Source: Thermoplasmatota archaeon (GTDB lineage Archaea > Thermoplasmatota > Penumbrarchaeia > Penumbrarchaeales > Penumbrarchaeaceae). From it: a DNA stretch of 64,000 nucleotides. Each line of letters opens with the position of its first letter. The stretch's first letter is position 1. A program made the position numbers and the translations under genes. The notes beneath the pieces are model-generated. The model saw only the letters and a program-made list of their open reading frames with translations, had not been told where the DNA came from and ran no database searches. Below, one piece after another: positions 27,549-38,440 of the stretch. The stretch lies in assembly GCA_965234725.1 (NCBI GenBank), contig CBDDUX010000003.1, forward strand, positions 32,001 through 96,000, in the 5' to 3' direction.

Positions 27549-29690
27549 CTATAACTCATCATCCATTTCGATGTCGACCTCTGTGAACCGGTCTTTATCC
27601 CAGGACCTCCATATCATAGCAGACAAAACCATTATGATAACCACAATGAAGGCTGCAATTAGCAGATTAATTGGATCTGAGATCCAGGCACTAACCATTG
27701 ATCCTGCTCCTTCATCCTTTTTAAGTTTCAAGGTTCCTACCCAATTCGTATCCCCGGGGACAGCATTGATCGAGAATGAACCCTTGGAGTAACCATCCTT
27801 AGTGAAGTAAAGGGTGACATTCCCCAATTTTTCCTGAATGATAAATGAACCATCCGATCCCGTGGATGCGTATCGTCCTGTATCAAGTGTGACCGTCACA
27901 TCTTCAAGAGCCCTTCCATATGAGTCAACGACCCTCCCTGATATTGAGACCATGTTTGTGAGATGGAACTCCAGGATGGTACTTTCCAGGAAGTTCCCGA
28001 AAAGGTCCTCCCCCTGAAGATAAATCCTATATGACCTTCCGTATTGGATCTCACCCAGAAGGTCGATCGTGGCGGTATTCCCTCTTTCTGTGATATGGCC
28101 TTCGATCTGTTCACTACTTATCTGGAGACTTCCTCTTCTCATCTCCTTGGAGAAAAGGACCTCGATCTCTCCAGGTCTTTTTGTAAGTGTTCCATTGGGA
28201 TTGTAGGACACCACTTTTGGAGGGATCGAATCCCAAAGTGTATCTATAAACAGATCAACGTAATTCCCTGCCAGATCGATGACCTTCAAACCGACCGAAT
28301 GTCTGCCATCATCGAGGTCTCTGATGGTTAACCCATCCATTTTGATAGTTCTCTTCCATTCATCTCCATCAAGGGACCATTGCACCTCTTTTACTCCGGA
28401 TGTTCTATCAAAGGTCTCCCACTCAAGTACCAGGACATTTTTCCGCGATCTCAATGGTGAGCTCTCGGTGATCAGATCAAGTGTGGGAGGAGTTGTATCT
28501 ATCGTTACTTCGATGGAATGGATCGAGGTCCAACCTCCGAGGTCGGTCGCTTCCGCTTCAATATCATGGGTGCCATCGGGAAGGTTAAAAAAGACATGAT
28601 CTGTTTTTGAACCTTTTTCTATCCAGGCTGTCTCATCATACCTTATCCTGTAAACCGGATCGGTCGCGGTATCCGATCCCTCCCAATTCACGGTTAGGGA
28701 ATTCTTTCCATGGAAGGATCCTTCAGGTGGAGAGATGATGTGTATTTCAGGTTGTTCGAGATCGACAGTTATCCAGATGGTATCCATGGAATCATGTCCA
28801 CCCATGTCTGTAGCACTTATGGAAATCTCGTGATCACCCTCGGAGAGACCATTGATAACAAAGGTTCCTCCATTTTTTATGATAACGGGATTCCCTTGAT
28901 CGATGGTGAGTGAGGTTGATGTTATCTCAGTGAACGACTCCTCAATAGTCCATGAGACCAACACAGAAGATGATGAATGGATGGAAGCATTCATGGGTTC
29001 GGTTATCCTGACATCAGGTGGAGTAAGGTCGACCTTGAAAGAAACCGAATCCTCTCCCATGTTCCCCGCAATATCAGAAGCAATGATCCTGATGGAATGG
29101 TCACCTTCGGAAAGGTTATCGAGGATAATGTTGGTCATTTCAACGATCTCCTTTGGAGATGACTCATCCAAGATGAGTTCCGCCCACTTCAAACCACTCC
29201 CTTCGTCTTCGATATCCCATGTGACAGTGACCTTGCCCACTCCAAAAACATTTCCTTCGGATGGTTTTAACAGCTCAACATAAGGTAGGACGTTATCCGC
29301 GGCAGAGGAGACGATCGGTCCATTATCACTCTGGCCAATGTCAGTATCCGTTCTGAGGAAATATGAGTAGGTATTCCCAATTATGATATCCGTATCCTCA
29401 AAGGAAAAGATATCGATATCAAATGAGATCAGAAAATTAAAATCTATACCGTCATCTGACCTGTATAGGGAGAAACCTGTGGCGGTCAGAAATCCGGAAT
29501 TTGGTTCCTCCCAGGTCAGATATATCCTGTCCTTTCCTGGTATGGCAGCGGTTCCAGAGGGTGGAGAGATCACCTGCGGAATAGGGGGGTCTGCATGAGC
29601 TGGATCCGATAGAACAGTAATGGATATCGAGGTCAAAATAAAGAGGACCAGGAAGATGATAACAGGAATCGAAATTGTAGTACGTCCCAT
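27549..29690 (-). CDS. Membrane-anchored surface protein (FN3 + repeated Ig-like + carboxypeptidase-regulatory-like domains)
   Basis: Signal peptide; repeats of L.EG.H.I.I.A.D..GN...VD.T.P; C-terminal TM. Confidence 0.8.
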   Translation of the reverse strand: MGRTTISIPVIIFLVLFILTSISITVLSDPAHADPPIPQVISPPSGTAAIPGKDRIYLTWEEPNSGFLTATGFSLYRSDDGIDFNFLISFDIDIFSFEDTDIIIGNTYSYFLRTDTDIGQSDNGPIVSSAADNVLPYVELLKPSEGNVFGVGKVTVTWDIEDEGSGLKWAELILDESSPKEIVEMTNIILDNLSEGDHSIRIIASDIAGNMGEDSVSFKVDLTPPDVRITEPMNASIHSSSSVLVSWTIEESFTEITSTSLTIDQGNPVIIKNGGTFVINGLSEGDHEISISATDMGGHDSMDTIWITVDLEQPEIHIISPPEGSFHGKNSLTVNWEGSDTATDPVYRIRYDETAWIEKGSKTDHVFFNLPDGTHDIEAEATDLGGWTSIHSIEVTIDTTPPTLDLITESSPLRSRKNVLVLEWETFDRTSGVKEVQWSLDGDEWKRTIKMDGLTIRDLDDGRHSVGLKVIDLAGNYVDLFIDTLWDSIPPKVVSYNPNGTLTKRPGEIEVLFSKEMRRGSLQISSEQIEGHITERGNTATIDLLGEIQYGRSYRIYLQGEDLFGNFLESTILEFHLTNMVSISGRVVDSYGRALEDVTVTLDTGRYASTGSDGSFIIQEKLGNVTLYFTKDGYSKGSFSINAVPGDTNWVGTLKLKKDEGAGSMVSAWISDPINLLIAAFIVVIIMVLSAMIWRSWDKDRFTEVDIEMDDEL

Positions 29691-29760
29691 CTATATGAGA
29701 ACATTCGTGTTATAGCTTAATAATTTTTTATATCATGTGTCACTTGATGCGTCCGGTGGG

Positions 29761-30378
29761 ATGACCATGTTGGATGGAATAGAGTTCATTTCTGTTGACC
29801 TCCAGAACGATTTTGCATCCGAAGGAGGTATATGCTTTGAGGAAAGACCTTCCGTTTCCTTCATCCACGAGACATTGGTCCCATTTTTACGTAACCATGA
29901 GGTGATGGTTTCCGAGATAATGTCGGATTACAGACAACCCAGAAGGGGTGATCCACGTTACTGCTGCATCCCTGGTGAATGGGGATTCAGATCGATCCTT
30001 CCTCGCGATATAGTGAAGGATGAGGTTTGGGTCAAGTCAATGAACGATCCAACTTGGATAAGGAAGAACGGTGGTGTTCAGGAAGAGGAACCTGGAGAAC
30101 CTTATCAGGACCCGGCTGCATTCGATGACTGGTTGGAAAGGAATGTAGGAACTTATGAAGAGGTGGACCTTCTTGTCCTATTCGGATTGACAGCGGACAG
30201 ATGTATCCTTTGTACTGCTCAACAGCTTGCATTCAGAGGATATGATGTTAGGGTCCTGTCCGAAGCAACAGATGTGAGGAGTGGTGATGTCAAGGAGAAG
30301 GAGAAACTCTTAAAATCAACACTCTTCAATTACTGGTCTGATCCCATAACCTTTGCAGAGATATCTCAATTGATCTGA
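29761..30378 (+). CDS. Isochorismatase/cysteine hydrolase family protein
   Basis: SVDLQNDF, K in VWVKS, GLTADRCILCTA..GYDV.VLSEAT. Confidence 0.8.
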   Translation: MTMLDGIEFISVDLQNDFASEGGICFEERPSVSFIHETLVPFLRNHEVMVSEIMSDYRQPRRGDPRYCCIPGEWGFRSILPRDIVKDEVWVKSMNDPTWIRKNGGVQEEEPGEPYQDPAAFDDWLERNVGTYEEVDLLVLFGLTADRCILCTAQQLAFRGYDVRVLSEATDVRSGDVKEKEKLLKSTLFNYWSDPITFAEISQLI

Positions 30379-30416
30379 AATGATCATCATTAGGGATCTA
30401 CTACTGATCGGATCGC

Positions 30417-33400
30417 CTATTTTATTTTATTAGTGATGGATGTTCCATTGTTATCCGAGATCATCCTGGCCATAGGCGGAGGAGGTAGATGGGAGCTTTT
30501 CCTTCTTTTATGTATGACAAGAACCAGAACTGATAGGACTAAGAGAAGTACGATGGCGGAGCCGATCAGAACCATGATTAGGAGATCTTGGTTATTGCTT
30601 ACAGGGTCAACAGGATGGCTTTGTGGGTCGCCTGGTGATGTGTTCTCGATGAACTCTCTGAGATTATCATAGCCGTCTCCATCCTTATCCTCAAGGGAAT
30701 CATTTGAATATGGATCAAGTCCGTTCTCATATTCCCAGAGATCGTCCATCCCATCCTTGTCGAGGTCCTCGCCCTGGAGGGGGATCCTCTCTCCCGGTTC
30801 TTTATCCAGGATCTCCTCTACGAACTCAATGATGGTCAGGCTGTATCTACCAGAAGTAATGGAATTTCCAACTGCGTCCGAGACTGAGAATGTTACATAG
30901 AGTGTGCCGAATGATTCCAGGGGGATATCGATGGAATGTAAATAGATCCCATCATTTGGAACAAGGTCCTTTACTGTTGGATCTTCACCGCCAAACCACC
31001 ATTTGACAGAAGTAGCTGAGATCATGATATTATCAAAGCATGTCATGGAAACATTGATAGATGTCCCAGCATCAGCCGAGGAAGGGATAGAGATATTGTG
31101 GATCTCCGGTGGGGTTACATCCTTCACACTTATCGTTCCTGGAACAGATCCATTTGAGTTGCCGGAAAGATCGAAGGCTACGAATCTGTATGATATGTCA
31201 TCGATATTGGAAACAGAAGTTGGTATGACAGTCTGCCATGTTCCTTCCATGAATTGAAGTTGTATTTTCTGACTTGGCCCGGTTCCTTGTTGGTGGAAAA
31301 GGGTCACATTTACAACTCCAATGTTGTCGGTCACGGTAACCTGGAATCGCAGGTCCTCTCCTCCTCCGATAATATTCGGTGTTCCATCCGTAAGGATCCT
31401 TGGGGATTCGCCGTCAATGATGGGAACTGAAGTTACTTCTGTGGAATTCCAGTTCCCGGAATCATCACAAGCATGGAAGATATAATGCCTGTCCTTCAGT
31501 TCATCTTCAGGCGCCTCAAGGTCCAAGATCCAATCACCATCTGAAATTTCCATTGTATCGTTGTTGTGGATATGCCATCCATCCGCCCACCATTCAGCAG
31601 TTACTAGAGAAACGGCGATATTGTCCTCCACAACGGTCCTTAACTGCAGGATCGATGATGTGTTGGTTGAACTATCCGATAGGTCCTGGATGAATACAGG
31701 TCGTTCATCATCATTGACAGAGAAGGAGAATATGGGTGAAGATGCCTGATTTCCCTCCAGGTCCTTGAAACTGAAAGAATAGGTCCGTTCGCCGATCTTA
31801 TCGATCGGCATGATCCGATCATAGGTCCAGTAAGATCCATCCGCCATCATGTTAGCCTTCTCTATCTGGCCCTCACCTATCTGGAACTCAACTTCCACCT
31901 CCTCCAATCCGATATTATCCGAGATCATTACCTTGAAGGTCACTGGATCCCCCGTGGTGGTCTCTCTCTTTGTTTCATCTAAAACAAATGATGGGTCATC
32001 ATTGTCAGTGACAGAGATATTCATCCAATCGGTAATGTTGATATTTCCGGACCTATCCATCGCCCTTATCCTAATTGTGATCGGTTCAATGGAATCCAGA
32101 GGGATATCAAGGTCACCTACCCATGATCCATCATTGGATGTAAGGTTCAATGTGGTGTTTGCGCCTTCAAACTCAGCGATCACGGAATCCAATCCGGATG
32201 CATCGAAGGCTGTACAATTGATCCTGTATGGGTCACCTGTAGTTGCGTTTAGGTCAGAGTTCATTATGATAGATGGAGCTACGATATCCACGGTGAGGTT
32301 CATCTCAATTGGAAGATGGTTCCAGGCTGTGACTGTGACATTGAGTTTGTCAAAGTTTCCGGATGAATAATCAAAAAACACCTTACCACTGGCATCGGTG
32401 AGACCGTAAGCATAATAATCGGATTTTTCCAGGCATACCAAAGCTCCTTTCAGCGGAGTATCGTTTGTTGAAAATACTGTGACGGGAAGAGCTGGATAAT
32501 CGAATCCGATCGATCCAGGGATAGATACGTTCATTTCAATCGGTTCCATGGTCCTCACCTTGACCTCAGGATCACCAATGAGGTTCAGTACCATTTCAAC
32601 CCATCTTATCGAGCCGTAGGATCCGGATGATGAGGTGAAGTACTCCTTACCTTCCGCAAAGTGCTCTGCCATTCTTGTGTGGTCGTTGTTGAAAAGCTCC
32701 TGTACCATCTTATACTGGACCCTCTCAGAGGGACCGTAACCAGGACTACTATAGGAATACCAGCCGTAATGGCTGTTACCTATGCCCGCAACAGTTCCAC
32801 CATCCGGTTCCATGACATGAAGCTCCACGATCGCATCGTTCTGGCTGAACTTATTTGCAATGCATCCCACTGTGTTAAGGACACCTAATTTGTATCCGCC
32901 GCTGTAGGAAGGGATATTGGAATTATACATACTTCCTCCATTTGCGGTTCCGACGCTCATGACATTCCAGTTGCAGTGGCCAGCATGGAAGATCATGGAA
33001 GTGCCCTTATCGATCTGTCCCATGAAATTAACCCTATTCAGGTTCCCGAATTTCTGATACTGAGAATCGTAAAGGGAGGTAGCAACTATATTCGGAGGGA
33101 ACAGGTTGTTCTTCAGAAGGTCCATAGCCAAAGAAGAGTTTGTGGACGAATCCAGATATTCTCCGGCAAATGTGGCATTGTCGAGGTAACCTTTTGGTGG
33201 ATCTTTCTCATATGTGAGGGTCTTCAGGACGAAGGTATCAGCCTCATTCTCGGTCTGGACGGAAGCTCTACCCACATAGAGATCCGGTTTCATGTCAATA
33301 TTATCCTCCACCTCACCCCAGTAGCTGTCGTTATCGGCATTCCAGGTCCCATCCAGATCCGAGAAGTATAGATCACTGGGAACTGCGGTCTGTGTGACCC

Positions 33401-34394
33401 AGCCAGATGATCCGGAATATGCTTTTACGTATACTCCCCTGTAAGGAACAACTGAAGTATCCCCTCCAAGTAGAACGATCTCCGTATCCCATCTGTTCAT
33501 GGCATCGATGAGGAAGTTCCTCAGTTTTTCCGCTTTATCTGTCCCGTTGTAGTTGGAATTGATGAAGCTCATCTCGACAATCCTGGTCGGTACTCCTTTC
33601 CTGTTCTTCCATTCCACAAACCCATCAAAGGAATCTCCAATAATCCCGGTATCAGTGACCAGCACAAATTGGACATCGTCATCCTCAAGGACCGACATTG
33701 TGGTCTGGAAAGTCCTTACTGGGAATCTCTCAATGTCCTGGGGATTGAGGAGGTCGGCTTCCAAAGAGGACCTGAAGATCGACGTAGATCTCAGGGATGG
33801 TCTTGCCAATTCAAATCCCGGTTCATCATCTATTTCGAAAACGAGCTTTGCTTCGATAAAGGTAGCGATAGAAAGGTAGCCTGTGTCTTCCATTATTATT
33901 GGATCGAACCTAATATCAAGGATCCTCATCCCTCTTACCCACCCCTCTCCTTCAATTGACATATGCTGTTCTGGATATGATACCGCTTCTTCGATATCCG
34001 TTTCGCCATCACCTTCGATATGATCGAAAGGTGCTATCCCGGCCAGAGGAGCTGAGAGGGAGATTGTCTGGTATGTAATATGTGTGGTCTCGATCCTAAG
34101 ATCATTTGCAGCTGGATGGATGAGGACCTGATAGATCAAGAAAGGAATAGCTGCGGCACCCTGTTCGAAAGGGAGGGATGAATCCGGTGTCGTGATGATA
34201 GAGTAACCCTGTTTAAGGGTTAAGGAGATGGATGTAGGATCGAAACCGATCTGAAGGTCGATAGTTGTTAACTCCGGAGAATTGATATTATCTATTTGGT
34301 CATTGGATATGGAGGATCGACCCATAACCCCAATGGATGAGGATATGATGATTATAACGAAAATGGCTGATATGACCTTCGATCCTGCTTTCAC
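30417..34394 (-). CDS. Gingipain-like C25 cysteine peptidase with propeptide, Ig-like repeats and C-terminal TM anchor
   Basis: LLGGDT.VVP, SDLYFSDLDG, DLYVGR, catalytic AGH...GC, NLIGDP; DxDxDG repeats before the TM; GTG 34394 after GGAGG. Confidence 0.9.
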   Translation of the reverse strand: MKAGSKVISAIFVIIIISSSIGVMGRSSISNDQIDNINSPELTTIDLQIGFDPTSISLTLKQGYSIITTPDSSLPFEQGAAAIPFLIYQVLIHPAANDLRIETTHITYQTISLSAPLAGIAPFDHIEGDGETDIEEAVSYPEQHMSIEGEGWVRGMRILDIRFDPIIMEDTGYLSIATFIEAKLVFEIDDEPGFELARPSLRSTSIFRSSLEADLLNPQDIERFPVRTFQTTMSVLEDDDVQFVLVTDTGIIGDSFDGFVEWKNRKGVPTRIVEMSFINSNYNGTDKAEKLRNFLIDAMNRWDTEIVLLGGDTSVVPYRGVYVKAYSGSSGWVTQTAVPSDLYFSDLDGTWNADNDSYWGEVEDNIDMKPDLYVGRASVQTENEADTFVLKTLTYEKDPPKGYLDNATFAGEYLDSSTNSSLAMDLLKNNLFPPNIVATSLYDSQYQKFGNLNRVNFMGQIDKGTSMIFHAGHCNWNVMSVGTANGGSMYNSNIPSYSGGYKLGVLNTVGCIANKFSQNDAIVELHVMEPDGGTVAGIGNSHYGWYSYSSPGYGPSERVQYKMVQELFNNDHTRMAEHFAEGKEYFTSSSGSYGSIRWVEMVLNLIGDPEVKVRTMEPIEMNVSIPGSIGFDYPALPVTVFSTNDTPLKGALVCLEKSDYYAYGLTDASGKVFFDYSSGNFDKLNVTVTAWNHLPIEMNLTVDIVAPSIIMNSDLNATTGDPYRINCTAFDASGLDSVIAEFEGANTTLNLTSNDGSWVGDLDIPLDSIEPITIRIRAMDRSGNINITDWMNISVTDNDDPSFVLDETKRETTTGDPVTFKVMISDNIGLEEVEVEFQIGEGQIEKANMMADGSYWTYDRIMPIDKIGERTYSFSFKDLEGNQASSPIFSFSVNDDERPVFIQDLSDSSTNTSSILQLRTVVEDNIAVSLVTAEWWADGWHIHNNDTMEISDGDWILDLEAPEDELKDRHYIFHACDDSGNWNSTEVTSVPIIDGESPRILTDGTPNIIGGGEDLRFQVTVTDNIGVVNVTLFHQQGTGPSQKIQLQFMEGTWQTVIPTSVSNIDDISYRFVAFDLSGNSNGSVPGTISVKDVTPPEIHNISIPSSADAGTSINVSMTCFDNIMISATSVKWWFGGEDPTVKDLVPNDGIYLHSIDIPLESFGTLYVTFSVSDAVGNSITSGRYSLTIIEFVEEILDKEPGERIPLQGEDLDKDGMDDLWEYENGLDPYSNDSLEDKDGDGYDNLREFIENTSPGDPQSHPVDPVSNNQDLLIMVLIGSAIVLLLVLSVLVLVIHKRRKSSHLPPPPMARMISDNNGTSITNKIK

Positions 34395-34549
34395 CGGAGT
34401 TCCTCCTGGTCGTCGGAGAGGCTGTAGTCTGTCCAAGTAAAAATCGATGCCGGTTGGCTATATAACTTTCTGGTTCAGTTACAGAGGTATAGAATCAAGA
34501 ACATGTCAAGGATTTCTATAATCTATATCCCATTTACCTTGTGCTTTAC

Positions 34550-34801
34550 ATGGAAATTACTTGCTATCATGCCACATGGTGTCCTTTTTGCAGGGCTTTC
34601 ATTGGTCATTATCGGTCCTTGATTCCAGATGGAAGGGAAAAAGTTCTGGACAGTGAATCCGATCCTGCATGGGTAGAAATGGGGATCGAATACGTTCCAA
34701 CGGTAATAGAGAGTGAGAACGGTGTTGAAAGAAGGAGATTATCTGCCAGACCTGGTGTGGGGATCACAAAAGAGATGCTGGTGAAATGGATGGGTGAATG
34801 A
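34550..34801 (+). CDS. Thioredoxin family protein
   Basis: HATWCPFC, cis-Pro segment YVPTVI. Confidence 0.85.
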   Translation: MEITCYHATWCPFCRAFIGHYRSLIPDGREKVLDSESDPAWVEMGIEYVPTVIESENGVERRRLSARPGVGITKEMLVKWMGE

Positions 34802-35512
34802 TCATTTCGTTAAGGCTTCCTTCTGGATCTCCATAAGTCGATGGATCCCTTTTTCTGCCAGGTCCAGTAGTTTATCGTGCTGTTCCCTTGAGAAGACATG
34901 TTCTTCACCGGATGCCTGGACCTCTATCAGATTCCCCTCATTGTCCATTACGACGTTCATATCTACCTCAGCTTCCGAATCTTCCTTGTAAGCAAGGTCT
35001 AGCTGTAATCTGCCTTTGACAACCCCCACGGAAACAGCAGAGATCTGCCGGAGGATAGGATCCTCGGAAAGGATCCCTTTTCTCATCAGATTGTCAACGG
35101 CAATCTTCAGGGCGACCCATGAACCAGTAATGGCAGCGGTCCTGGTCCCTCCGTCAGCTTGAAGAACGTCGCAATCCACCCAGAGTGTACGAGGTCCTAT
35201 AAGTGTCAGGTCCACGGCTGTTCGGAGCGTTCTTCCGATCAATCTCTCGATCTCCTGTGTCCTTCCCTTAGGTCCTTTCCTCTCTCTCTGAATCCTTGAA
35301 TTGCCTGAAGCAGGAAGCATATTGTATGTAGAGGTCAACCATCCATGGAGTGCGGTACCATCCCTCATTAGCCAAGGAGGAACACTATTTTCAACCATCA
35401 CCGTACATAGGACCTTGGTCCTTCCAAAGGATACGATCACGGAACCTATTGGGTTATCCAGGAAATTGGGGATGATCTCGATCTCTCTAAGCTGGTCGAG
35501 GTTTCTTGCCAA
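34802..35512 (-). CDS. rph: Ribonuclease PH (bacterial type)
   Basis: GWLT..Y.MLP, GRTQEIERLIGR.LR, DCDVLQADGGTRTAAITG, DLAYKEDS.AEVDMNVV; TTG start after GGTGA. Confidence 0.9.
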   Translation of the reverse strand: MARNLDQLREIEIIPNFLDNPIGSVIVSFGRTKVLCTVMVENSVPPWLMRDGTALHGWLTSTYNMLPASGNSRIQRERKGPKGRTQEIERLIGRTLRTAVDLTLIGPRTLWVDCDVLQADGGTRTAAITGSWVALKIAVDNLMRKGILSEDPILRQISAVSVGVVKGRLQLDLAYKEDSEAEVDMNVVMDNEGNLIEVQASGEEHVFSREQHDKLLDLAEKGIHRLMEIQKEALTK

Positions 35513-35564
35513 TCGATCACCGAATAGCCGTAAGGTAACTTTCGTTTAAAGACTTCCCCAATGG

Positions 35565-36854
35565 TCAGATCCCTTTTCTCTTATCGATGACCCTCTTAGC
35601 TTTTCCTTCGGTCCTGGGAAGTGCTCCCGGGGCAAGAAGTTCCACCCTTGCTCTGAGAGTCAATGATGCCTGTAACTTGTCAGAGACCTTTTTCTTGAGC
35701 TGATCCAGATCGATCTTATCCCAGAATTCCTCTTTCACTTCGACCTGGACATAGAGGTAATCCAGCTTGGTATGTTCAAGGATTATCTGGAACTGCTCTC
35801 CCAGTTCATCGATCCCAACAAGGATATCTTCAATTTGCGATGGGAATACATTTACTCCACCAACGATCAGCATGTCATCAGATCTTCCTTTCACCCTCAT
35901 GATCCTTGGATGCGACCTGCCGCATTTACACCTCTCCCAATTGATGACCGCAAGGTCCCTTGTCCGATATCTCAGCAGAGGCATGGCCTCTCTGGTGAGC
36001 ATTGTGAACACGATCTCACCCTTCTGTCCAGGAGGTAGTACCTCTCCCGTATCAGGATCGATGGTCTCCACCAGGAACTCATCCGCCCATATGTGAAGAC
36101 CGTCCTGTTCAGGACACTCAACGGCAACCCCAGGACCATAGAGCTCGGACATGCCGTAAAGGTCCTGGGCTTTGATATTTAGGTTCTTCTGGATATGCTG
36201 CCTTGCCTCTTCTGACCAGGGTTCGGCACCGTGCATGCCTATCTTGAGGTTGAGGTCCTTGGAGTCGATCCCTTCCTTCTTCAACTCCTCTATCAGGTAG
36301 ATCGCATAAGAAGGGGTGCAACAAAGGACGGTGGTCCTCATGTCCTTCATCATCTTGATCTGTCTAGCTGTGTTCCCAGTTGCTGTAGGCACTATCATTG
36401 TTCCAAGCCTTTCCGCACCCATGTGGAATCCAAGACCCCCTGTGAACAGACCATAGCCATATGCATTTTGTACAATATCCTCGGGAATGACACCAGCACA
36501 TGAATAACATCTTGCCATAAGATCGGACCATGTGTCAAGGTCCTGTCTTGTATAGGAGACCACAGTTGGTGTACCTGTTGTCCCGGAAGATGCGTGGATC
36601 CGGTTAAGGGTTTCAAGGGGAACGGCCAGTATCCCGTATGGGTAATGGTCCCTGAGATCATTTTTTACGGTGAAAGGTATCTTGGAGATATCGGAAAGTT
36701 CTTTGATATCCTCCGGTTTGAGTCCTAACTCATCGAACCTCTTTTTGTACATTGGAACGTTGTCATAAGCGTGCTTGACCTGTTTTTTCAATCTTTCCAA
36801 CTGCAGTTCTTTGATCTCTTTCTTCGACATCAACTGGATATCTTCCTGGTACAA
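35565..36854 (-). CDS. paaK: Phenylacetate-CoA ligase family
   Basis: RIHASSGTTG.P, YGYGLFTGGLG, YGMSELYGPGVA.EC, RYRTRD, GRSDDMLIV.GVNVFPSQIE. Confidence 0.92.
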   Translation of the reverse strand: MYQEDIQLMSKKEIKELQLERLKKQVKHAYDNVPMYKKRFDELGLKPEDIKELSDISKIPFTVKNDLRDHYPYGILAVPLETLNRIHASSGTTGTPTVVSYTRQDLDTWSDLMARCYSCAGVIPEDIVQNAYGYGLFTGGLGFHMGAERLGTMIVPTATGNTARQIKMMKDMRTTVLCCTPSYAIYLIEELKKEGIDSKDLNLKIGMHGAEPWSEEARQHIQKNLNIKAQDLYGMSELYGPGVAVECPEQDGLHIWADEFLVETIDPDTGEVLPPGQKGEIVFTMLTREAMPLLRYRTRDLAVINWERCKCGRSHPRIMRVKGRSDDMLIVGGVNVFPSQIEDILVGIDELGEQFQIILEHTKLDYLYVQVEVKEEFWDKIDLDQLKKKVSDKLQASLTLRARVELLAPGALPRTEGKAKRVIDKRKGI

Positions 36855-37126
36855 TTCAAGGCCCCCTTGTATTCATGATCTTCAAATATCCCATGACCAT
36901 GACCCTCTACCATGGAAGAAGGCCTTTTTCCGGGACAGATCTAAAGGTAAATCCTGTCTTTTCCTTTATTTTTTTCCTCTGGCTAAACTTGTCCTTTGGA
37001 AACATTATTAAGACATTCTGACGTTCCCGTGAAAGATTTCGGGGTTTCCGTCCAGTTTTGGGGTAAAAAAGACCTGTTTTTCTTTGAAACGAAGGACGCA
37101 ACAGAACGATCAGGATGTGACTGGAT

Positions 37127-38440
37127 ATGGCTTATGAGTTGAGATGGGGAAACCGGACATGGATCTATGCCCTTGCACTTGGCCTTGGGATCGGAATGGC
37201 AGTCCTGTTGTTGTTCAAGGATATGTTGGGTGAAATAGCATTCTGGAGTTATTATTCTCCCATGCTCGGTTATTATGTCCTCATATCCATTTGCCAGAGC
37301 CATTATTTCAGAAGGGAGCCGAAACCTGATATGGGAGGATTGTTCAGACAATTTGTTTCCATTTTTGGAGCCATAGTCATATTCTTTTTAAATCAGGCGG
37401 TCATGGAATCCATTTTTGTTGTTCCAGATGGTTTCATCATGGCGGGTCATTTCACATTCATTGTCTTTGGATTCTTCATTTACGGATTTGATGATTTCAT
37501 GTTCAAAGGAAAATTGCTAGGATGGATGAAGAATGATACGACCAAGGCATTTTTCTGGTATTTTTTCATATGGCTGATATGGGTAGTTCTTTTCTACAGT
37601 GATTTTGGCATATCAAAAGCCCATTCCAAGGACACCTGGGATGGATTGGCACAGAACAGGATGCTGGCAATAAGTCAATGGGCGATCATTATGTCCCTTC
37701 TCTATGCACTTCTGTTCAAGGATTGGCTTCCAGAACTTCAAAATAAATTAAGATTGAAGAATGATATCGTTTACGGTATCTTTCTCCTTCTTGCAGCTTT
37801 TATCATCGGGGGAGGTATCGCTTACCTGTTGTTTACAATGGCACCTTACATATCCCCGGAAGGGTATGACAGCCTGGTTGCGGATCCGGGTGTGAATGTC
37901 GACTCTGATATGTGGCATCATATCTTGTATATGGGAACTTTCCCATTGATACCTGCTATTCTGATAGGGGTCTATACCAAGAACTTCAACCACCTTCCTG
38001 GACCTGGCGAGAGGGTCATAAAGAGATTGATGATCTTCATACCCTCTGTCATAGTATTGTATTTCGCATATCACTGGTTGATAGCCCGGCCTGAAGTGTT
38101 CATCAATTACTTCTTTGATGATGCGGTTAAACCGGGATTAGGCCTTTTTGGAGAATCACATCATAACTGGTACCATCAACTGGACCTTTACTTCAACTTC
38201 ACTGTTTCCATTATTCCACTGACACATCATTGGTTCTGTGGAAGATATGGTTTCGTCAGGGAGGTTGACGATGAAGAACCTGAGAGTCCACCTCGGAGCA
38301 GGAGACCGGTAACAGTTGATGAGAGAAGGTCCAGGGAGAGGAGGGAAGTTATCTCTTCCGGAAGACCTGTAAGGGCTTCACCCAGGGAAAGGTTCCACTC
38401 TGAGAATGAACGGGACCTATCACGTCGCGAATGGCGATGA
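37127..38440 (+). CDS. Hypothetical polytopic membrane protein with Arg/Glu-rich C-terminal tail
   Basis: About 10 hydrophobic segments; charged low-complexity tail; divergent from paaK. Confidence 0.65.
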   Translation: MAYELRWGNRTWIYALALGLGIGMAVLLLFKDMLGEIAFWSYYSPMLGYYVLISICQSHYFRREPKPDMGGLFRQFVSIFGAIVIFFLNQAVMESIFVVPDGFIMAGHFTFIVFGFFIYGFDDFMFKGKLLGWMKNDTTKAFFWYFFIWLIWVVLFYSDFGISKAHSKDTWDGLAQNRMLAISQWAIIMSLLYALLFKDWLPELQNKLRLKNDIVYGIFLLLAAFIIGGGIAYLLFTMAPYISPEGYDSLVADPGVNVDSDMWHHILYMGTFPLIPAILIGVYTKNFNHLPGPGERVIKRLMIFIPSVIVLYFAYHWLIARPEVFINYFFDDAVKPGLGLFGESHHNWYHQLDLYFNFTVSIIPLTHHWFCGRYGFVREVDDEEPESPPRSRRPVTVDERRSRERREVISSGRPVRASPRERFHSENERDLSRREWR

